Shown: positions 1 to 11,813 of the stretch, one piece after another
Position numbering within the stretch: position 1 is the stretch's first letter
Layout of the letters: each line of letters starts with the position of its first letter
From: Psammoneis japonica
Taxonomy: Eukaryota
Length of the DNA stretch: 64,000 nt
Reading direction: 5' to 3'
NCBI GenBank assembly: GCA_008632985.1
Contig: QPGO01000032.1
Span: 183,330 to 247,329 of the forward strand
The notes under the pieces: model-generated
Told to the model about the DNA's origin: nothing
Database searches by the model: none
Seen by the model: only the letters and a program-made list of their open reading frames with translations
Translations under genes and position numbers: made by a program

Positions 1-3000
1 AAGGACACTTGATGGAGCTGGGGTCATGGCAGAGGGTTTAGAAGGAGACACAGAATTCTTCAGTGCATTTGTTGCAGCTTGCTTGGATTCTTTTGGACCA
101 GGCAGAGTGGTTGAGGCCTTGGCAAAGTCATTGGGAGTGAAACCTGCAGCAGAAGCTGGAAGAGGTGAAGAACTTGGGGCAGGAGAAGGTTCTGGATGTG
201 GAGAGTCAGATGTGTCATTCCAACATTCATGAGATTGGAAACCAGGATGAACACAGAGATGGACAGTCCCAACACAGATTGTTGTGGCACCCTGATTGTC
301 TGCAATTGTTTTGATCACAGCCTTCTGAAGATTGGTGTGGTTCATGCAAATTGGAGAACTTTGAGGACAGCTGCAAAGAGAGCAGCCTTGTCCACAAGCA
401 CTGCAATCAATGTGCAATCTTCAGTCAGCACAGCTTTTGGGGTGATGAGATCCTGAACGGTCTTGTGACAGAGAGCTGCAATGGCACTGCTCTTGAGGTT
501 TGGAGGAGTGTGTCCATCCAGAAGATCTTTGGGAGCAGGTGTCTTGTCTGAACATGGCTGATTCAGGTGTCAATGGGCGTTGTGGGTGAGCAATGTTGTG
601 GTGTGAACTCAACCTGTGTTGACTTGATCTTGGCTTTAAATCAATGGCAGTTGTGTTCTTGTTGACCATGGTTGTGCATTAAAAAATTAAATTCCTTTGC
701 ACAGTGCTGGCATGTGTTCTGCAGTGGTTGTGATGATCACAAATTGAGAAAGAAAAATGGCTGTGACAAACATGATGATTTCAACAAAGAAACGCCACCA
801 AATCACACAGCAGGCATTGAAATGTGGCCATGCTGAGGAAGACAAACAGCGTGCTGCTGCTCACAACCTTCTTGCAGACCACTGGTGTTGGGACAATCTA
901 ATGACATCTGGGACAGATGGCAATGCTGTGCCAGAGAAGAAAGGAAGTGAGCAAAGGAGAGATCATTGGATCTCTCAAGTCTGTCTGTGCCAGTCTGTCT
1001 GATGCAAGGGAGTGCACTCCAAGTCTTGGGTGTCTGTCACTGTGCACAGTGCAAACTTTGTTTGCACACAAAGCACAAACACCAGTTGAGCACAACAAAT
1101 GTGCTGTCAACAACAGCCACTGGCTTCAGCACGTCATCATCATTGCAACAGCTGGCATTTGTTGTTGTTGCTGCACAGCATGCCACAAACTGTGTGAGCT
1201 CTGATTGTGCTTGGAGCAAGCTGGGCTGTGGCTGCATGCACTTGTGTCAGCTGCTGTTCTCTTGTCTCCAATGAAGTGCAGCAGTTTCATGCATTTTTCA
1301 AAAGTTTCTTTTGCCATGGTGTGCCCAAATGGGGTGGCTCCACCAGGGCACAGCATTTGCTCCAAACATCTTCAAGGTCTTTTTTGCACAAAATCATGTG
1401 TGATGTGTCTGTGGGATGAGAGCAGCACAGCAAAAGATGATGGCAGCAATGCAAAAAGCTTGTGAAAAAAAAATCCAGCTGCTGTGATGGTGATGGCCAA
1501 ACACAACAAGCAAGGCATCCAAACATGTGGAAACTTGACAAACAATGTCAGCAAAGAGTGTTTTCTCTTGTGTGGTTTCAGCAAATGGTCCCAGCATGAA
1601 GGTGCCTCAACTCAAACAAAACCAGAAATCTGTTTTACCTCTGCCTTGCTGCTGCCCACACCAACACCAACCACAGCAGACCCACATTCCCCAGTGCCCA
1701 CAAAGGGCAGCAGGGACAATTTTTTAACACTGTCAAACGTTTCAGAAAGACAATGCCATTGACACATTGTCCAAAGGCAATGCCGTTGATGCATCATCAG
1801 AAAGAGAGGCTGTTTGTCCAAGTCAGAACAGTGACCAACCGGATGCTTGTCACACGGCAACCCCAGTTGCTGTGCCTCAAAGAATGGACAAGCCCAGCCA
1901 CACCACTTGGGAGACACCAAAACAAACACTGCAGAAAACCAAACATGTGTCTGTCTCCAAAGATGGCATGCTTGAAGAGATGTGAGAGAAATTCCTGGAA
2001 TGAAAAACACCCAAGAAAGTCCAACACAAACCCCAACAAAGAAAATGAAATGATGATCAGAGTTGTCAGATGAAATTTCCGTCATGCGCAGAATTGTGCA
2101 GAAATTGTGTGCTGAAGCTGCAACATCAAAGAGCAAGAGGAGCAACAGCGAGACTTGGAAATGCCAACCACTTGGAAGACTTGTGATGACCCACTTTGGA
2201 ACACCATAGAACATCCATCATGATTTGCAGTGTGTTGGAAAGGAAACTCAAAGGAAGCACATTGGTGAGAAGAACAAGAGAATAAACCTGACCCGGTCGT
2301 TGACTTGGACTTCTGGCCAAATGCGTGGAATTGTGCGTGAAATTTGTGCTGAAGTGATTGACTTGGAAATTGTTGAATCACCTGGACTTTAACACAGAAA
2401 ACATGCTGACTTCAGGAAAGAAAATGCAAAGAAATAATGCGACACCATGGCGGCACCACTCCCTTGAATGTAGACACAACAGAGTGTCCCCTCCGACACC
2501 ATTTGGTTTCTCTGTCATTGGCGCAACTGCATGATGTCCCAAAGTGCCCGAGGAGGTTGGCATGCCACCACACTCTCACACAGGACAATCCCACTGGTGC
2601 TCGCACAGAATTGTGAAGGTGCGCCTCAACTCAAATGGCACAGCACACAGTGCTCTCACCCTGACAGACATGGTGGCTGCAAAGTGGCAAAAAACATTAC
2701 ATTGCACTCTGATTTGTGCCATGTTGTGATGATGAAATGCCACCCCTTTTGTGTTGGTGTGCAAAAATGGCCTTTTTTGATTCAAAACCATGTGTCAAGC
2801 ATCCAGCGCAACTGGCACTGTGGCAGCAGTTGATTGGCTGCATTTTCGCTGCATCTTTAATTCAAGCAGGGCTGTTGCAGCTCATGTGAGGAGGCTGCAC
2901 ACACACACATGATGAGGTTGGTGTTGCTTTTTGAGTTTCACTGTGTCTCTCACATTTGCGCACACTTTTTCTTCACCCCAAGCAGAAAAAAAGTGCAAGC

Positions 3001-3490
3001 CGCCACCAGCTGAGTTGCCCCAAGAACTTCTCCCACACCGCTGGAGACAATGTTCCCAGCACCAACATGATTTTTTTGCAAATGCCTCACCCCCCTTCTG
3101 CCACTTCATTTCTTTCACTTTCTTTGAAGACCCAGCCCGGCGCCTGGTGTTTTTCTTTTTGCAAGAAGCCGTGCAGCCAACGGCTCTGCTTCTTTTTGCA
3201 AAACAAACCTGGCTTGAAAAGGAAAAAAAAGCTGGGAAAGGGGGCTGAAAACTGCATTTCTTCCAGGTGGTGGCCAAGAGATTGCTGCAAAGAAGGCAGC
3301 TTGTTTTCTGCCCTATAGTGAGGGTGGTGGCCACACGGAGTGCGACAGCCTGTGTGATGATGTTGTGTGCGCCAGCAACAAGGAACAACACCCGCCCACA
3401 TCATGGTCTCTCCTGTGTGGTGCTTGTTCGATTTTTTGGCGGGAAATCAGCACGCACATTCAACGGAAAGTGTGACGAGGTCTCATCATT
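1..3490. mobile_element. Highly degenerate TE-derived block (TpA- and CpG-depleted)
   Basis: About 16 TA dinucleotides in 3.48 kb (by-eye count) and few CG. No intact ORF. Normal TA content returns abruptly at ~3490. Same signature as the identifiable TE relics elsewhere in the window. Confidence 0.75.
1262..1345 (-). pseudogene. Possible piggyBac-like transposase fragment
   Basis: Minus-strand peptide ATPFGHTMAKETFEKCMKLLHFIGD resembles the piggyBac 'M.R.RF..I...LHF.D' motif. Short and degenerate. Confidence 0.35.
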
Positions 3491-3855
3491 TTAAAATATT
3501 TAGTCTTTATAGTTTAAATAAAAAATTAATACCGCAGTAGTACTGTCGTTGCCTGTCGTACAATTTTTACGCCTGCCTGGTAGGTACATTATACTGTGAG
3601 CTACGAAAGCACTGCTGTAATTACGGTAAGTGACCGCGCGAGCAATGCAACAGCGAGGCTTTGCACGACGACAACGGCGGCGGCGGCACATCACACAAAG
3701 AGTTTGATCTACGCCGGCGCCCATGCTCTTCATCCTGTTATCAATTGGCTTTGTGTGGTTCTGGTGACCCTTATTCACTGCTCTTGGAGAGCTGTGTGTG
3801 ACTTGGTTCCACAGAGACTCGTGTTTTTGCATATTATTTAGAAGAGAGGAAGGAA

Positions 3856-6800
3856 ATGACACAATTGCCTGCCGATTCTCAGTACGTATCAGAAAAGGAC
3901 GAAACCCGGGTCATTTCGAACGATATGAAAGGCTCACAGCCTGCTGAGCAGCAGCAGTCTGCAAAAACGGGTGGAAGGAAGGGTTCAGAGGAACAGAGAC
4001 AGCCTCTTGTCTCTAATGCTGAAGGTGTTGCTGTCCGGAGCGAGGTCACCGCGACCCACAACGCAGCTGTAACGCATGCAACAGTAGCAGAGCAACCCAA
4101 AGCAGCAGTTCCAGCGGCGCGAGCTGCAAGTCCCGTTGCAGCGCAGAAGGCACCAGCGCCGACGTCCACTTTAGTGACGTCGATAAACGCACCTGCTCCA
4201 GCAGCTAAGCCTTCTGCTCCTCAGAATGTAGCGGCAATGCCTGCTCCTCAGAATGCCGAAGCACATGCGGCGAACCCTGCTGCGATTAAGAAGGGTTCTG
4301 TATCAGCAGCTACTCATTTTGGGGCACAGAAAGTACCTGCAGCAGCGACAAATCCTGCTGCGTCACAGAAACCACCAATTCATCCTCCTGTTGTCAGTCA
4401 TAAAGAAGTTAGTCCCAAGCTTGTCAAGCTGGACGTGAAGCAGGTACCTGTTGCGAAGACAAAAGGCCGTTTCAAGGTGTTGGCTACACCGGCAAACGTT
4501 CTAACCGTTGGAGATGGCGTCTCTGCGAGTTCAGATCCAGTGGGTGCGGCGTCGGCCGTAACAACAGCGGCTTCAGCCACAACACCTGTCAAGCTGACCA
4601 GAGAACCTTCGATCCAATCAGCTCCTGCTACCAGCAGTCCCTCCGATACCATTCCTCCAGCGCCCTCTACAGGAGAAATACCCTCGAAATTACCCGCAAT
4701 CATTACCTCAATGAGTCCTGGCACTAGTAGTGGGAGTAGCGTGGCACCAACACCCAACACTTCTCCTGCTGCACAACCAGCTGTGGCTATGAAGAAGGGT
4801 CGGTTTGTGGTGCTTCCTCCCGGGACAGCCGCAGTAGTTCCTGCCGCTCAACCGCCGCCGCAGCCGCCAGCACCACCTGCACAACCTGAAGTTGTGGTGG
4901 CTCCGTCACCTGCAGCCGCAAAACCTGCAGCGACGACTCCACCCGTCACTCCGGGAGCAAGTCAGGCGCAACATCCCGAGACGGTTCGTCGGGGAAGTTC
5001 CTCGTCCAAACCACCGGCTTCCTTTGATGCAAAGGGCTTGGCGTCTCAAGAAGGTTTAGGAAAAGTGCATTATTATTTGAATCAGATGAAGGCAGAAGTA
5101 ACCGAAGCGGAAAAGAATATGAAGAGTCTGCAAAACGAGCTGAAGGCATTTGTGAGTGTTTCTGAGATTGTACTGCCATGACAGAGTCGTGCGCGTACAC
5201 ATTATTGATTCTGCTCGTCACTTACACAAGCGCATTCTTTTAATTTACAGAAAGAGAAGAATAAAGAATTGGAAGCGAGGGCGAGGGAGATGGAGAGACG
5301 GTGGATCGAGGAGAAGGCTGCAAGAGAAGCATCGGACTCAAAGGTACGTACATTGCGAAGGAAGCTTAAGGAAGTAAAGGGAGCTGCAGCGCTGCCTGTG
5401 GAAGGCACTACTTCGGCACCGCATTCCAGGGGTAATTCAGTTGATAGCATGGACGAATTGGTGGGAACAAAAGTAGTGCCTCCCGCTGACATTTCCCCCA
5501 AGAAGGCCCCGCCACCGGCTGCCGCAGCGCAAACTGGAGCGGCCAAGTTGGGTACAATCTCGTCGAACGAAGACAGTAAACTTGCCGAGAAACAGGAAAT
5601 GATGGACTTGAAAATAGAAGGCAAGGTCATCGTGAAGGCCCAGGTTGCTGATGCAGTTGGGAAAAGCCATGCGGTTCCAGCCAAGACGGAGGACAAAAGT
5701 CATCGCAAAGCTTCGAGTATGGGAGTGGAAGTTATTGAGTTTTTGCAACCTACAAGGAAACGAAGTGGCTCATCGAGTATTTTAGAGGGAATCGTGGGTC
5801 AAAACGAATCTGCGCCTGCTTCCCCGAAAGCGCCGGCCAGTGTTCTTCAGATCGACCTTCAGTCGCCGCCGCCACCGCCGCAGCAGCCGCACGACGCACC
5901 CGTCCAGGAGATTGGCGGGATGGGAACTTCTGTTTCTGTTGCATCAAGTGTAACAGTTGCCGATACCAGAGCTGCGTTGAGCCAGGCGAAATCAACTCCC
6001 AACCTCTCACGACCGGTACATCAGGGTGTCCCCTTCAATACGATGAGTGTAAATGCAACGGTAGAGAATCCCCTACAGCATACTTCAAGTACGCCAAACA
6101 TGATGCTGGGGGACAACGGAATGATGATGGGGACCGCGAATGGCTCGGCAAACAACTTAGCTCAGATGGGCGTCCAGCCAGGTATGATGCAGCAGCAACA
6201 AATGATGAACATGGTGCAACAGCCGCAACAAGCTCAGCAAACGTCCATGAATCCTATGTCCCAACAAGCGAATGCAGCAGCGCGCCACTCTCGTAGTGCT
6301 AGCACCGGCTGGAGCCAAGATCCGTTGACGATTCAACATCCTATGGTAAGACAGCACAGTACAGGTCACGCCAACCAGTTTCATCAACAAGGGCCCCAGC
6401 AACAGTTGGCCCCGATGATGAATGGCTCGCAAGGGCCTCTACAAGGACAACATGTGATGGCGCAAGTGAATCAGATGATGAATACTCAACAGCCGCAGCA
6501 ACAGCAAATGATGACCGGACCGCAACCATTACCACAGCAGCCTCTGGTGCAAGGAAGCCCCACGATGAACGATTCACTCACGCACCAAGCACAACAGCAG
6601 CAAATGAATACCATGATGAACGGCCAGTTTGGTCAGCCACAGCAAATCCAGCGGGCACAATCGATGAATCAAATGATGAATGCTCAACAACAACAACCGT
6701 TGACGGGTCAGATGAACCCCATGATGAACGGTTCGCCTTCCACCCAACAGCAGATGAATACCATGATGAACGGCCCGTTGCCACAGCATCAGTTTCTGCC

Positions 6801-6957
6801 GGATCAATTACAGCAGCCGGTCCTTGGAGGGCAACCGTCTCAGCCTACTCTACCACAATCACAGCAGCAGCAGCCGAAACCATTAGCAATGAATGCGAAT
6901 GGAAGTTCCCATGCGGAATCGGACGAATTCACACAGTTTGTGTCGGAACGAAAGTGA
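3856..6957 (+). CDS. Low-complexity protein with two RFxV motifs, a central coiled coil and a Q/M/N-rich C-terminus; 2 exons (3856-5151, 5251-6957)
   Basis: ORFs 3856..5181 and 5269..6957 join in frame via a GTGAGT...TTTACAG intron at 5152-5250 (…ELKAF|KEKNKELEARAREMERR…), giving a continuous coiled coil. Normal TA/CG content. Confidence 0.8.
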
Positions 6958-7538
6958 GGTGAACGTGATGCGGTATTGGAGAAAGTTCCGAGTCCAAACA
7001 TTCTGAAGCATTTTTACCGAGGCTTGCCGTCGCGGGGAAGTTTTGAAAGTCCTACGCGACTTGTTGTTGAAGGATCTGCAATACATATATATTGCGGCAT
7101 AAACTTTGATCCTCTTGGCTGCCGCGAATTGTTTGTTTCATACCCTCTCTACTAGCCGCTCGATACAGTTCCGTGAAGACGCATCTTGGATTTTAGGAAC
7201 GAGCAATAAATAATGTGGGTACGAGAGATATGTAATTGTTGTTGTGAAACAGCCCATGAGGGATGGGTTGAATGCGACTGCATGATGGGATCAACATTGC
7301 GGACATGCTGCCACTTGAAATATCATAATTTTCCCCTTTTCTATAATTCAATTCCTGTTTATAAATATGAAATTGAATATTTTCTTATATTCATTTTGTT
7401 TCGCGCGGCCGTCATAGTACAGAGTACATACAGGATCCCACATCCCAATAGCACGCACAAAAACGTTATTATTTTTATTATATTATGGATATGAGATAGA
7501 CCTTGACGCATCACCCATTGTGTTTGTTGTTTGAGACC

Positions 7539-10500
7539 ATGGCAGAACCGGAGGAACAGGAGCAGCCACCACCGGTTGCAGAAGTAGATACGAACGTAGG
7601 GCGCTCGGTAGTATCGGATGACACACTTACAGTGGCACAGAACGATGAATTCATGAACTCTTCTATGCCCGACGCATCGTCTTCTCAACAGCATCAACAA
7701 CCGAACGTTCATCCCCATCAACTCCTGAATGCGCCGCAACCTTACCCGTTTCCCGCCATGCCCAATCAGGTACCGGATCCCATGATGATGGCACAATTTT
7801 ACGAGGCTCAAATGAGAGATCATGCAGCGGCATACGCTTCTGCAGCCGCTGGGGCTGCGTGGGCCGCGGCGCAGATTGCGTGTTCATCAGCTTCAGGCCT
7901 CCCTCCGTCTCTTCCACCAGCACCTTTCTTCAACGGACCTCCAATACCTCCACCGATATTTAATGGGCCATCATCAGTACCACCGGTATTTCATGGACCA
8001 CCGCCACTACCGCCAAATGATCCATCCATGTATCACGCCCAGCCACAACCGCCTCCCCATCGAACGGAAGCAAGTGCTTCCGAGGAGCGAAAGCCAAAGC
8101 GTCACCAATCTATGCCTGATGAATACTGTAGTGAAGCTCCACCACCGTGGCAGCCATCATTCTCTGGTCCTGGTAGGCCCGTTTATGCTCCAATGGGCAT
8201 GCCCGACGCTTCTTCGCCTCAGCAAGAAGGAGGAGGAGATCAGTGGACCGGACCAGGTATCGGAGAAGCAAGGCACATGCATCGTGGCAATTCTTTTGAT
8301 AGAAATGAAGGATCTACCAAACGAGGTCGACGGTGGCTGAGAGACAATGCAGGGTCCTCGGGAGGCGAAGGAGGACGTGGCGGAAAGCGAAGTGGTCGGA
8401 GCTCGGATGGATCTACAGGGAGCGGCGGATACTACAACAAGAAGCAGCAGCGACGATCGTCTGAGGACATTAATTTACTCAGCTTGGTCGGAAAGTCTGG
8501 AGTTACTGCTCTCCATGAGTTTTGTGCCAAGAAGCAGCTGCCACCTCCCAATTTCTGCAATGTTGAATCCTCTAGCCCCGATAAATTCTGCATTGCGGCA
8601 CTTATTGGAAAGCATGAGCGAGGAAGAGGGCGAGGCTTGAACAAGACATCGGCCAAGCAGGATGCTGCTCGAAGTGCCCTGCAGAAGCTCGTCTCTGGAA
8701 TCAAGTTTGATAACAATGGAAATGTGCTGCATGTACCCCGACCTCCTCCTTTCAGAACTCCCAAAAACGAGGCACTGGAAGACCTTGCTCCGAACCTGGC
8801 TTCGCAACTTGCGATTGGTACCCACGAACAAGACGGAGAGAAAGACGACAGTAACAAGAAGAGGCACCGAGGTACGACCAACAATAGCCAGATGACTGGG
8901 CGTAGCAGACAAAAACCGAAACGTCGATGGGTAGCATATCCCGGTACTTCAACGACTTCAGAAGACGAAGATAAGAGCGACGATACTGCCGCTAGGGGCT
9001 CTTCAGAATGGTCTTATTTGCTGCATGCAATGTGGCAAATCCGAGACGATATTCCAGAGCCACCGAGTTATACGTACGAATTTTTCCCGGTAGATCGCTC
9101 ATTCTCTTGTACGGCGAGCTTACTCGTAAAGCGGTCTGACAACAGCACAAGCGACGAAAGTGAGCTAAAAGACCGTAGTGGCGACATTGACTCTACGGTG
9201 AATTCGGAGCACGAAGCAAGGCTGTTACCGGAAAAAGAGGAAGGCAAAGGTGTGGATGCGGAAACGGACGGAAAGCGGCCAGGCACGGACAAAGCAGCTG
9301 AAAAATTGAGCGCTACAGATTACGGCAGGACCAAACGAGAAGCAAAGCATGCAGCCTCTGCGAAGGTTCTTGCTCTCCTATTTCCCAACTGTCCTGATAT
9401 GTCTGAGGTAAAGGCAGTGGCGGACGCCGCTCGAGAAGAATACGCCGCTAGGAGGGCGCTGAAACTGCAGCAGAATTCACTCTATTTCACCAACAATAGT
9501 CGAAAGAACCAAGACGGGGAGCACGATGCTGCAGCAAACTATCCTGATTTCTCTTTTGCTTTACCATCCCCATCCGACCCTCCTCTTCCAGAGTTCCTAG
9601 CAGAACAGCTCCGGCCTACGCTGAAGACTTGTGGGACTGCTCAGGGAAGCAAGCTTCCTTCGCCAATGGGCTCACCGCTGTGTGGTGTGACTGCCGGAAT
9701 AGCAAAAGTTGCAGCTCTCTCGCTCTCGGAGGCAGTGGAGGAAAACATTACCAAACAAGAGGATCGTACCGGGAGTGGCGATGCTTCGCGTGATGCGATT
9801 GCTCACAAGTCGAATCGTATGAAGCAACTCGAAGATGAAGTCGATGCTGCGTTGCATGTTATGAATGAACTGGACGAGACTGGGAAGTCACTTGCCGAAG
9901 AGTTGCCGGAAGATCAAGTCGGGCGAACGGTTCTCCGCAGAGCCACGCCTCATGACGTCGACTGGGTCAAGAGGCTATTCTCGAAAGCGCATGATTCAAG
10001 GCGGAAGAAGATTTGGCCTCGTGACAGATACCAGCCGGTCAGTCCGCTCTCTCTCTTGTCGAGAGATACCGATCAAAATGGAGCGGATACACATGCGCAG
10101 CTTTCTGGTTTATTATGGGGCTCGATGTCGGTCGTTTTGCTTTTATGTCGTGCTATTGCTCTTGACGACGAAGCTCCTCTGGGATGCGCGGTTCTGACTT
10201 TAGGATTCTCGATGGAAAAGGGGCGTCTTCTTCGAGTGTCCGAAATTGCACACGAAACGCATCTCCCAGAGGAACGCTTCATTGAATGCCTCGAAACTTT
10301 CTCCCAGAATATGAAATGCAGTCTTGAAAGACAATCGTTGGAGGCACCCTCCTCCAAGGAAGACAAGACACCGAAGAAAAGTTTCAACCGATGGTACTTG
10401 AGGTCAATCGTTGAAAGTCATGTGGAGAATGACACAAGAATCAAGACCATGAAGTACGACAAGGTCGTCGAAAATGCTTCTCTGTTGAGCGCGAGTGCTA

Positions 10501-10637
10501 GTTCAAAAACCCCTCTTCAGTCAGTCAAAGAGGAAGAATGTGAAGCGGAAGACGATCGACGGCCTGGGTCAAACACTGAAGGTGGTCGTCGGACAAAGCG
10601 AAGAGACAAGCCAAAGAAGAGGTCTCGAGTGGCATAA
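7539..10637 (+). CDS. Double-stranded RNA-binding domain protein (2 dsRBDs) with a C-terminal GNAT-like region
   Basis: Single long ORF, first ATG at 7539. dsRBD1 is KSGVTALHEFCAKKQLPPPNF…GRGLNKTSAKQDAARSALQKL. dsRBD2 ends GRTKREAKHAASAKVLALLFP. The C-terminal LRRATPHDVDWVKRL…PLGCAVLTLGFSMEKGRLLRVSEI resembles an acetyltransferase fold. Confidence 0.8.
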   Translation: MAEPEEQEQPPPVAEVDTNVGRSVVSDDTLTVAQNDEFMNSSMPDASSSQQHQQPNVHPHQLLNAPQPYPFPAMPNQVPDPMMMAQFYEAQMRDHAAAYASAAAGAAWAAAQIACSSASGLPPSLPPAPFFNGPPIPPPIFNGPSSVPPVFHGPPPLPPNDPSMYHAQPQPPPHRTEASASEERKPKRHQSMPDEYCSEAPPPWQPSFSGPGRPVYAPMGMPDASSPQQEGGGDQWTGPGIGEARHMHRGNSFDRNEGSTKRGRRWLRDNAGSSGGEGGRGGKRSGRSSDGSTGSGGYYNKKQQRRSSEDINLLSLVGKSGVTALHEFCAKKQLPPPNFCNVESSSPDKFCIAALIGKHERGRGRGLNKTSAKQDAARSALQKLVSGIKFDNNGNVLHVPRPPPFRTPKNEALEDLAPNLASQLAIGTHEQDGEKDDSNKKRHRGTTNNSQMTGRSRQKPKRRWVAYPGTSTTSEDEDKSDDTAARGSSEWSYLLHAMWQIRDDIPEPPSYTYEFFPVDRSFSCTASLLVKRSDNSTSDESELKDRSGDIDSTVNSEHEARLLPEKEEGKGVDAETDGKRPGTDKAAEKLSATDYGRTKREAKHAASAKVLALLFPNCPDMSEVKAVADAAREEYAARRALKLQQNSLYFTNNSRKNQDGEHDAAANYPDFSFALPSPSDPPLPEFLAEQLRPTLKTCGTAQGSKLPSPMGSPLCGVTAGIAKVAALSLSEAVEENITKQEDRTGSGDASRDAIAHKSNRMKQLEDEVDAALHVMNELDETGKSLAEELPEDQVGRTVLRRATPHDVDWVKRLFSKAHDSRRKKIWPRDRYQPVSPLSLLSRDTDQNGADTHAQLSGLLWGSMSVVLLLCRAIALDDEAPLGCAVLTLGFSMEKGRLLRVSEIAHETHLPEERFIECLETFSQNMKCSLERQSLEAPSSKEDKTPKKSFNRWYLRSIVESHVENDTRIKTMKYDKVVENASLLSASASSKTPLQSVKEEECEAEDDRRPGSNTEGGRRTKRRDKPKKRSRVA

Positions 10638-10961
10638 GGTACAGAATAAGTAACTAGAGCACACCTTTTGGCGGGAAACATGCTTCGCCTTGATCATAGC
10701 GTATGTCCGTTTCGTCATTGCGTTCTGAGTGATGTCGCTTTTTCACGAGGTTGAAGGTCCGACGGCGCGGATACCGAAGAACATGGGTGAACGTCAGCTA
10801 TGCGGAACGTGGTATGAATCTTTCGTAGAATCTACGTGCGCAGCTTGCACTACTACGAATTACGTAGAAAGAAAGACGCGGGAAAGATCGCGACCCGCTG
10901 TTGCCAACTGCTCACTCTTCTCACAATTTCTTGTCAAACCGAAACACATTGAATTTCAACG

Positions 10962-11561
10962 ATGAAGTCTGTTATCGCTGCCTCCCTCATTGCCGGTGCT
11001 TGCGCCTTTGCCCCTTCCCAGGTCTCCACCAAGACCACCGCCCTCAACATGGCTTTCGAAGACGAACTCGGTGCTCAGCCTCCGCTCGGATTCTTTGATC
11101 CCCTCGGCATGTTGTCCAATGCCGACCAGGATCGTTTCGACCGTCTCCGATTCGTCGAGCTCAAGCACGGCCGCATTTCCATGCTTGCCATCGCCGGATA
11201 CCTCACTGCTGAGGCCGGAATCCGTCTCCCCGGTGACATTGACTACTCTGGAACTTCCTTTGCTGATGTCAGAAACGGTTTCGCCGCCTTCAACGATGTT
11301 CCATCTGGCGGAATCCTCCAGATTGTTTTCTTCATCGGCCTTCTCGAACTCTTTGTCATGAAGGACATTGAAGGAACCGGAAACGAATTTGTCGGTGACT
11401 TCCGTAACGGTGCCATTGACTTTGGCTGGGACACCTTCAGCGAGGAAGAGAAGATGCAGAAGCGTGCCATTGAGCTCAACAACGGCCGTGCTGCTCAGAT
11501 GGGTATCCTTGCCCTTATGGTCCACGAGCAGCTTGGAGTCTCCCTCATCCCCTCTCTCTAA
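10962..11561 (+). CDS. LHCF: Fucoxanthin-chlorophyll a/c binding protein (Lhcf family)
   Basis: Signal peptide followed by AFAP. Motifs AFEDELGAQPPLGFFDPLG, ELKHGRISMLA and RAIELNNGRAAQMG. Strong C-ending codon bias typical of a highly expressed gene. Confidence 0.97.
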   Translation: MKSVIAASLIAGACAFAPSQVSTKTTALNMAFEDELGAQPPLGFFDPLGMLSNADQDRFDRLRFVELKHGRISMLAIAGYLTAEAGIRLPGDIDYSGTSFADVRNGFAAFNDVPSGGILQIVFFIGLLELFVMKDIEGTGNEFVGDFRNGAIDFGWDTFSEEEKMQKRAIELNNGRAAQMGILALMVHEQLGVSLIPSL

Positions 11562-11813
11562 GCAGCTAGTTTCTGGAAAGAGCACAATTTTGAATATAGT
11601 TCTTTTAAAATTGGATAGTGATCGGTTTCACATTAAACTTTTATCCTCTTTCTTTGTTTGATGTAGTCTCTAGTCAGAAACAGTTGCTGAGGTCGTCATA
11701 GGATACCGTCGTACCGTAGTATTGTACTTGCTATTGGACTCAAACGCAAGCTCTCTATGTACTCTTAGTGTCTAGTCTACCAAGGACCTCAACAGAGGCA
11801 AAAACCTTGATTT

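Noticed and set aside
7539..10637. The dsRBD gene as an ADAR or Dicer, i.e. the mutator itself
   Set aside because: No deaminase (HxE…PC) or RNase III motifs are visible.
10956..11585. 209-aa antisense ORF over Lhcf
   Set aside because: Shadow ORF caused by the strong codon bias of Lhcf.
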